In this document: positions 59,467 through 64,000 of the stretch, piece by piece
Layout of the letters: the number at the start of each line of letters is the position of its first letter
How positions within the stretch are numbered: the stretch's first letter is position 1
Assembly (NCBI GenBank): GCA_033238645.1
Contig: BQXR01000010.1
Span: 6,128-70,127 of the forward strand
DNA from: Thiomicrorhabdus sp.
GTDB taxonomy: Bacteria; Pseudomonadota; Gammaproteobacteria; Thiomicrospirales; Thiomicrospiraceae
Direction: 5' to 3'
Length of the DNA stretch: 64,000 nucleotides
Made by a program: the position numbers and the translations under genes
The notes under the pieces: model-generated
Databases searched by the model: none
What the model saw: the letters and a program-made list of their open reading frames with translations, nothing else
Told to the model about the DNA's origin: nothing

Positions 59467-61287
59467 ATGACAACTCAACATATTCGCAATATCGCAATTA
59501 TTGCCCACGTTGACCACGGTAAAACAACCTTGGTAGACCAACTTTTAAAACAGTCTGGAACGTTGGATATCCGTAAAGACACGGGTGAGCGATTAATGGA
59601 TTCAAACGATCTTGAAAAAGAGCGTGGAATCACAATCCTTTCTAAAAACACAGCCGTTAAGTGGAAAGACTACCGTATCAATATCGTAGATACTCCTGGC
59701 CACGCCGATTTTGGTGGTGAGGTAGAACGTATCCTATCTATGGTTGATTCTGTTTTATTACTTGTTGATGCCGTTGAAGGCCCAATGCCTCAGACACGTT
59801 TTGTAACAGAGAAAGCATTAGCACAAGGGCTTAAGCCAATCGTTGTTATCAATAAGATTGACCGTCCTGGCGCACGTCCTGACTGGGTATTAGATCAGAC
59901 TTTCGATCTATTTGACCGTCTAGGTGCAACAGATGAGCAGATGGACTTCAATGTTATCTACGCTTCAGGTCTAAACGGATTCTCTGGGTTTGATGAAGAT
60001 GTTCGCGAAGGTGATATGGAGCCTATCTTCCAGACTATCGTCGATAAAGTATCCGCACCTGAAGTAGATCTTGGTGGACCATTCCAGCTTCAGTGTATCT
60101 CTCTTGATTATGATACTTATAAAGGTGTTATCGGAACTGGACGTATCAAACGTGGTTCTGTACAAGTAGGTATGCAAGTACGTATCGTTGATAACGAAGG
60201 CAACATCCGTAACGGAAAAATGGGTGAGTTATTTGGTTATCACGGTCTAGAGCGTATTAGCGTTCAAGAAGCACATGCAGGTGAAATTGTTGCATTCGCT
60301 GGTTTTGATCCATTAAACATCTCAGAAACAATTTGTGATCCTAACCACCCAGAAGCGCTACCAGCGGTAAGCATTGATGAGCCGACTGTAAGTATGACTT
60401 TCCAAGTTAACAACTCACCTTTCGTTGGTAAAGAGGGTAAGTTATTAACATCTCGTCAGATTCGTGAGCGTCTAGACAAAGAGCTACTAACAAACGTTGC
60501 TTTACGTGTTGAAGACACTGAAGATGCGAATAAGTTCCGTGTTTCGGGTCGTGGTGAGCTTCACCTTTCAGTATTGATCGAAACAATGCGTCGTGAAGGA
60601 TTTGAGATGGGAATCTCTCGTCCAGAAGTTATCTTCCGTGAGATCGATGGTGAAACTCAAGAGCCTTATGAGAACCTAACCGTTGATGTTCCTGAAGAGT
60701 CTCAAGGTGCGATCATGGAAAAGCTAGGTGAGCGTAAAGCTGAGATGCAAGATATGGTTCCAGACGGACACGGTCGTGTACGTATTGATTTCATTATCCC
60801 TTCACGTGGGTTGATTGGTTTCCGTACAGAGTTCATGACAGCCACTCAGGGTAACGGTCTATTGTTCTCTAGTTTCTCTCACTACGGACCTAAGTTCTCA
60901 GGTACTTTAGGTGACAGAAATAATGGTGTATTGATCTCTATCGGTCAAGGTAAAGCATTAGCATTTGGTCTATTCGGCCTTCAGGATCGTGGTCGTTTAT
61001 ATATTGGACACGGTGAAGAGTGTTATGAAGGGATGATTATCGGTCTTCATAGTCGCCAGAATGACTTAACTGTAAACCCGTTAAAAGGTAAGCAGTTAAC
61101 AAACATGCGTGCATCTGGTACAGATGAAGCACTAACGCTGACTCCACCAATTCGTTTCTCACTTGAGCAAGCACTTGAATTCATCGATGATGATGAGCTA
61201 GTTGAAGTAACTCCAGAAAGCGTACGTATTCGTAAGAAGATCCTTACTGAAAATGGACGTAAGCAAGCTGGACGCTCTAAAAAATAG
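59467..61287 (+). CDS. typA: Translational GTPase TypA/BipA
   Basis: [23 protein letters not shown] and NKID motifs; BipA C-terminus. Confidence 0.98.
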   Translation: MTTQHIRNIAIIAHVDHGKTTLVDQLLKQSGTLDIRKDTGERLMDSNDLEKERGITILSKNTAVKWKDYRINIVDTPGHADFGGEVERILSMVDSVLLLVDAVEGPMPQTRFVTEKALAQGLKPIVVINKIDRPGARPDWVLDQTFDLFDRLGATDEQMDFNVIYASGLNGFSGFDEDVREGDMEPIFQTIVDKVSAPEVDLGGPFQLQCISLDYDTYKGVIGTGRIKRGSVQVGMQVRIVDNEGNIRNGKMGELFGYHGLERISVQEAHAGEIVAFAGFDPLNISETICDPNHPEALPAVSIDEPTVSMTFQVNNSPFVGKEGKLLTSRQIRERLDKELLTNVALRVEDTEDANKFRVSGRGELHLSVLIETMRREGFEMGISRPEVIFREIDGETQEPYENLTVDVPEESQGAIMEKLGERKAEMQDMVPDGHGRVRIDFIIPSRGLIGFRTEFMTATQGNGLLFSSFSHYGPKFSGTLGDRNNGVLISIGQGKALAFGLFGLQDRGRLYIGHGEECYEGMIIGLHSRQNDLTVNPLKGKQLTNMRASGTDEALTLTPPIRFSLEQALEFIDDDELVEVTPESVRIRKKILTENGRKQAGRSKK

Positions 61288-61332
61288 AGTCTTCTTAGTT
61301 AGAAGCTAGCCTTAGCTTCATGAAGATCCATT

Positions 61333-61362
61333 AAAAAAAAACCGGCTTTTGTCGGTTTTTTT
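61333..61362. terminator. Intrinsic terminator after typA
   Basis: A9-CCGGC-TTTT-GTCGG-T7. Confidence 0.75.
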
Positions 61363-61429
61363 GTGCCCGCTATTTTTCAAATCAATAATTTCAGTTACAC
61401 TGTTAAACATCTTATTACAGGTAACAACT

Positions 61430-62395
61430 ATGCTGCTTAAATCCATACTATACCCTCCTATTACACCCTATTCTCAACACAGTCTACAAGTAGATAGCAC
61501 TCACACATTACATATAGAAGAGTGCGGCAATCCCATGGGAATTCCTGTAGTATTTATTCACGGTGGACCAGGTAGTGGCTATAGCGCCATTCATCGACAG
61601 TTCTTTGACCCGCTCGCCTACCGTATCATTTTGTTTGATCAGCGAGGTTGTGGTCAGTCAAAACCGCATGCTTGTCTAACCAATAACACCACGGCTCACC
61701 TAATTGAAGATCTCGATAAAATCCGTCGTCACCTCAATATTGATAAATGGGTACTGTTTGGCGGATCATGGGGCTCCACGCTCTCTCTACTCTATGCACA
61801 GTCCTATCCAGAGCGTGTATTTGGGTTGATTCTTCGCGGAATTTTTCTTTGTCGAAAGCAGGATGTAGACTGGTTTTATCAGTCGGGTGCTGACCGTTTC
61901 TATCCTGAATATTGGGATGATTATATTGCCCCCATTAAGGCCGAAAATAGATCAGATATGATCACCAGTTACTACAACCTATTGACAAGTGATAACGAAA
62001 TTGAGCGCATGCGTGCTGCAGAGTCTTGGTCGGTCTGGGAGGGCAGAACGTCTACCCTGCAAACTGATCCCAATATCGTTAATCACTTTAGCGACCCCTT
62101 CCATGCACTGGCAATGGCACGTATTGAGTGCCACTACTTTTACCACAATGCCTTTATTGAGGACAATCAGATCCTCAACAATACCAAAGTGATTGAACAT
62201 CTACCTGTCAGCATTATTCAGGGGCGTTATGATATGGTTTGCCCAATCAACCAAGCCATTGAGTTAGATGATAAGCTGCCACTCTCTCAGCTAACCGTTT
62301 GTAGCCATGCAGGGCACTCTGCCATGGAGCTTGAGATTGCACAGGCTTTAGTGAACAGCACCAACCTATTTGTCGAGAAACTTGATGCAGTTTAA
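61430..62395 (+). CDS. pip: Proline iminopeptidase
   Basis: HGGPG, DQRGCG and GGSWG motifs. The likely start is ATG 61430 because the longer ORF overlaps the typA terminator. Confidence 0.95.
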   Translation: MLLKSILYPPITPYSQHSLQVDSTHTLHIEECGNPMGIPVVFIHGGPGSGYSAIHRQFFDPLAYRIILFDQRGCGQSKPHACLTNNTTAHLIEDLDKIRRHLNIDKWVLFGGSWGSTLSLLYAQSYPERVFGLILRGIFLCRKQDVDWFYQSGADRFYPEYWDDYIAPIKAENRSDMITSYYNLLTSDNEIERMRAAESWSVWEGRTSTLQTDPNIVNHFSDPFHALAMARIECHYFYHNAFIEDNQILNNTKVIEHLPVSIIQGRYDMVCPINQAIELDDKLPLSQLTVCSHAGHSAMELEIAQALVNSTNLFVEKLDAV

Positions 62396-62404
62396 AAACA
62401 ACCT

Positions 62405-62848
62405 ATGATCTGCTTAATTCAACGAGTCACTCAGGGTAAAGTCGAGGTTGATCAGCAGACCATCGGAGAAATTCAGTCTGGACTGGTGGTATTAACCGCT
62501 TTTCAGCCAAAAGATACTGAAGTAGAGATCACTAAAATGGTTAATAAACTGCTTCACTATCGTCTATTTTCTGACGACAATGACAAGATGAATTTAAATG
62601 TACAGCAAGTTGAAGGAGGTCTTTTACTTGTGCCACAATTCACCTTGGCAGCGGATACCAACAAAGGTCTTAGGCCGAGCTTTTCAAGCAGTGCCAAACC
62701 CGAGATCGCTACCCTGCTATTTGACCAATTTGTTCAAAAGATACAGTCAAACACTCAAAGCTTACCTATTCAGACAGGCCGTTTTGGTGCGGACATGCAA
62801 GTCTCTCTTACCAATGATGGCCCCGTTACCTTCTGGTTAGAGGTGTAA
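62405..62848 (+). CDS. dtd: D-aminoacyl-tRNA deacylase
   Basis: IQRV, QFTLAA and NDGPVTF motifs. Confidence 0.96.
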   Translation: MICLIQRVTQGKVEVDQQTIGEIQSGLVVLTAFQPKDTEVEITKMVNKLLHYRLFSDDNDKMNLNVQQVEGGLLLVPQFTLAADTNKGLRPSFSSSAKPEIATLLFDQFVQKIQSNTQSLPIQTGRFGADMQVSLTNDGPVTFWLEV

Positions 62849-62895
62849 GACTCAAAGTACAAGAGTTCAATTGTAAATTTTAATAATGACTCTTA

Positions 62896-62913
62896 CCCCC
62901 CCCTGCTCAAAAT
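62896..62913 (+). repeat. Polar motif copy (intergenic, after dtd)
   Basis: C8-TGCTCAAAAT. Confidence 0.8.
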
Positions 62914-62984
62914 TCTAATTGTATTTAATTCGTAAGCCTTTAAACTAACCCATCATCCTAAAAATACGACCGTAGAAGCCAGCT

Positions 62985-64000
62985 ATGACGCCAGAAACCA
63001 AAACCCTTATTGTTGTTGTAATTGCAGACGACGTTATACGTTCAACTGCAATCAATGAACTTAAGGGTTCTGGTTTCGAAACCATTGAGACTAAGAGTGG
63101 CTCTCAAGGCCTTTCTGCCTATATGGAATACAATCCTGACTTGATATTAATGGATATATCTATCCCGCTTAATGAAGGCTACGAGGTGATTCAAGCTATA
63201 CGCAGCTTTAAACAAAATCAGGCCATTCCAATCCTGATAATGACCGAAGAAAGTAATCTTAGCGCGATGGATCATGCCTTTAATGTCGGGGCAACTGATT
63301 TTATAATTAAATCACCCCGTTTAGAACACCTCTCTCAACGGGCTAAATATGTATTAATTACCTCACAAACAACCCAAAAGCTTATAGACAAGCAGGAGAA
63401 GTATGACCAAGCACAGAAACTCGCCAAACTGGGTTACTGGGAGTGGGATGCTCTTAAGAATGAGGTGACTGGTTCACAAATGACATTTAGCCTTTTTGGT
63501 ATCCCGATGCAATCAGGAATTACTTTAGAGCAGTTTCTAAGTCATGTGTTACCCAAAGATATGCCACTAATACATCAAGCCATTTCAGAAGCTAATCAGG
63601 GACAATCTCGGATAGAGATCAATTTTAGAGCCTCTCAACTAAATAATAATCCAATCCATATAGAGTGCTTAGCACAGGCGCAATTTTCTGAGAATGGAAA
63701 CTTAATCAAAATCAGTGGCTCTGTTCAGGATATTACGCGTTTACATAAAGATACATCGCAGATCCAGTACCAAAATCAGTTTGACTCCTTGACCCTGCTA
63801 CCCAACAGAAATCGCTTTTATCAAACCTTAACAGAGTTCATCTCCGACCAGAAAAAGCCATCAATGAGCGCGGTGATTATATTTGATATTGATCGCTTTA
63901 AGCAGGTTAACATTACTCTTGGTCAAGAGAGTGGTGATAACTTACTGCGCTCCATCGCACAACGTCTATCAAGGGTTATCAGGGAGGCGGACTATGCTGC
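62985..64000 (+). CDS. REC-PAS-GGDEF signalling protein, 5' part; runs off the right edge
   Basis: Manual translation: PDLILMDISIP receiver, LGYWEWD...SVQDIT PAS/PAC, and DSLTLLPNR...DIDRFK GGDEF start. Confidence 0.85.
   Translation, partial: MTPETKTLIVVVIADDVIRSTAINELKGSGFETIETKSGSQGLSAYMEYNPDLILMDISIPLNEGYEVIQAIRSFKQNQAIPILIMTEESNLSAMDHAFNVGATDFIIKSPRLEHLSQRAKYVLITSQTTQKLIDKQEKYDQAQKLAKLGYWEWDALKNEVTGSQMTFSLFGIPMQSGITLEQFLSHVLPKDMPLIHQAISEANQGQSRIEINFRASQLNNNPIHIECLAQAQFSENGNLIKISGSVQDITRLHKDTSQIQYQNQFDSLTLLPNRNRFYQTLTEFISDQKKPSMSAVIIFDIDRFKQVNITLGQESGDNLLRSIAQRLSRVIREADYA

Noticed and set aside
1741-62840. The many 60-120 aa ORF-track ORFs nested in or antisense to long genes
   Set aside because: They are fully overlapped by well-supported genes and show no motifs of their own.
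5131-62913. Polar motif as a DNA uptake sequence (comM and dprA are nearby)
   Set aside because: Known uptake sequences show no strand bias and often form inverted pairs. Here the ratio is about 10:1 with no paired copies, so this is disfavoured but not excluded.
1-64000. CRISPR array, rRNA or tRNA genes
   Set aside because: No regularly spaced direct repeats and no recognisable rRNA or cloverleaf sequence. The recurrent C-run motif is dispersed, not arrayed.

Overview
This 64 kb window is from a ~42% GC gammaproteobacterium. Gene content and protein sequences suggest a sulfur-oxidising Thiomicrorhabdus/Hydrogenovibrio/Thiomicrospira-like organism (inference, no database search). Most of it is core chromosome: rep, a Lap-type c-di-GMP-controlled type I secretion locus (lapG-lapD-lapB-lapC-luxR-lapE), comM, ubiK, argS, topA, dprA, def-fmt-rsmB, ntrY/ntrX-like, trkA/trkH, lpxL, trmA, metH, typA, pip, dtd and three GGDEF proteins. 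An accessory heavy-metal region lies at about 38.7-50.0 kb with no visible integrase or transposase. It holds a foreign-looking intact ttcA next to a frameshifted host-like ttcA 3' remnant, decayed yigZ, thermonuclease and zf_CopZ genes, and a merR/merTPA module. It also holds two operons with near-identical ArsR-type operators: gap-arsC(frameshifted)-acr3-like, and arsP-(DUF2892/Cys-rich/thioredoxin fusion)-SoxH-like hydrolase. Two signals are not explained by genes. One is a strongly strand-polarised motif, C6-10-TGCTCAAAAT, in both coding and intergenic DNA and absent from the island. The other is a 261-bp MITE-like element upstream of rep. No rRNA, tRNA or CRISPR array was seen. All counts and alignments were done by eye.
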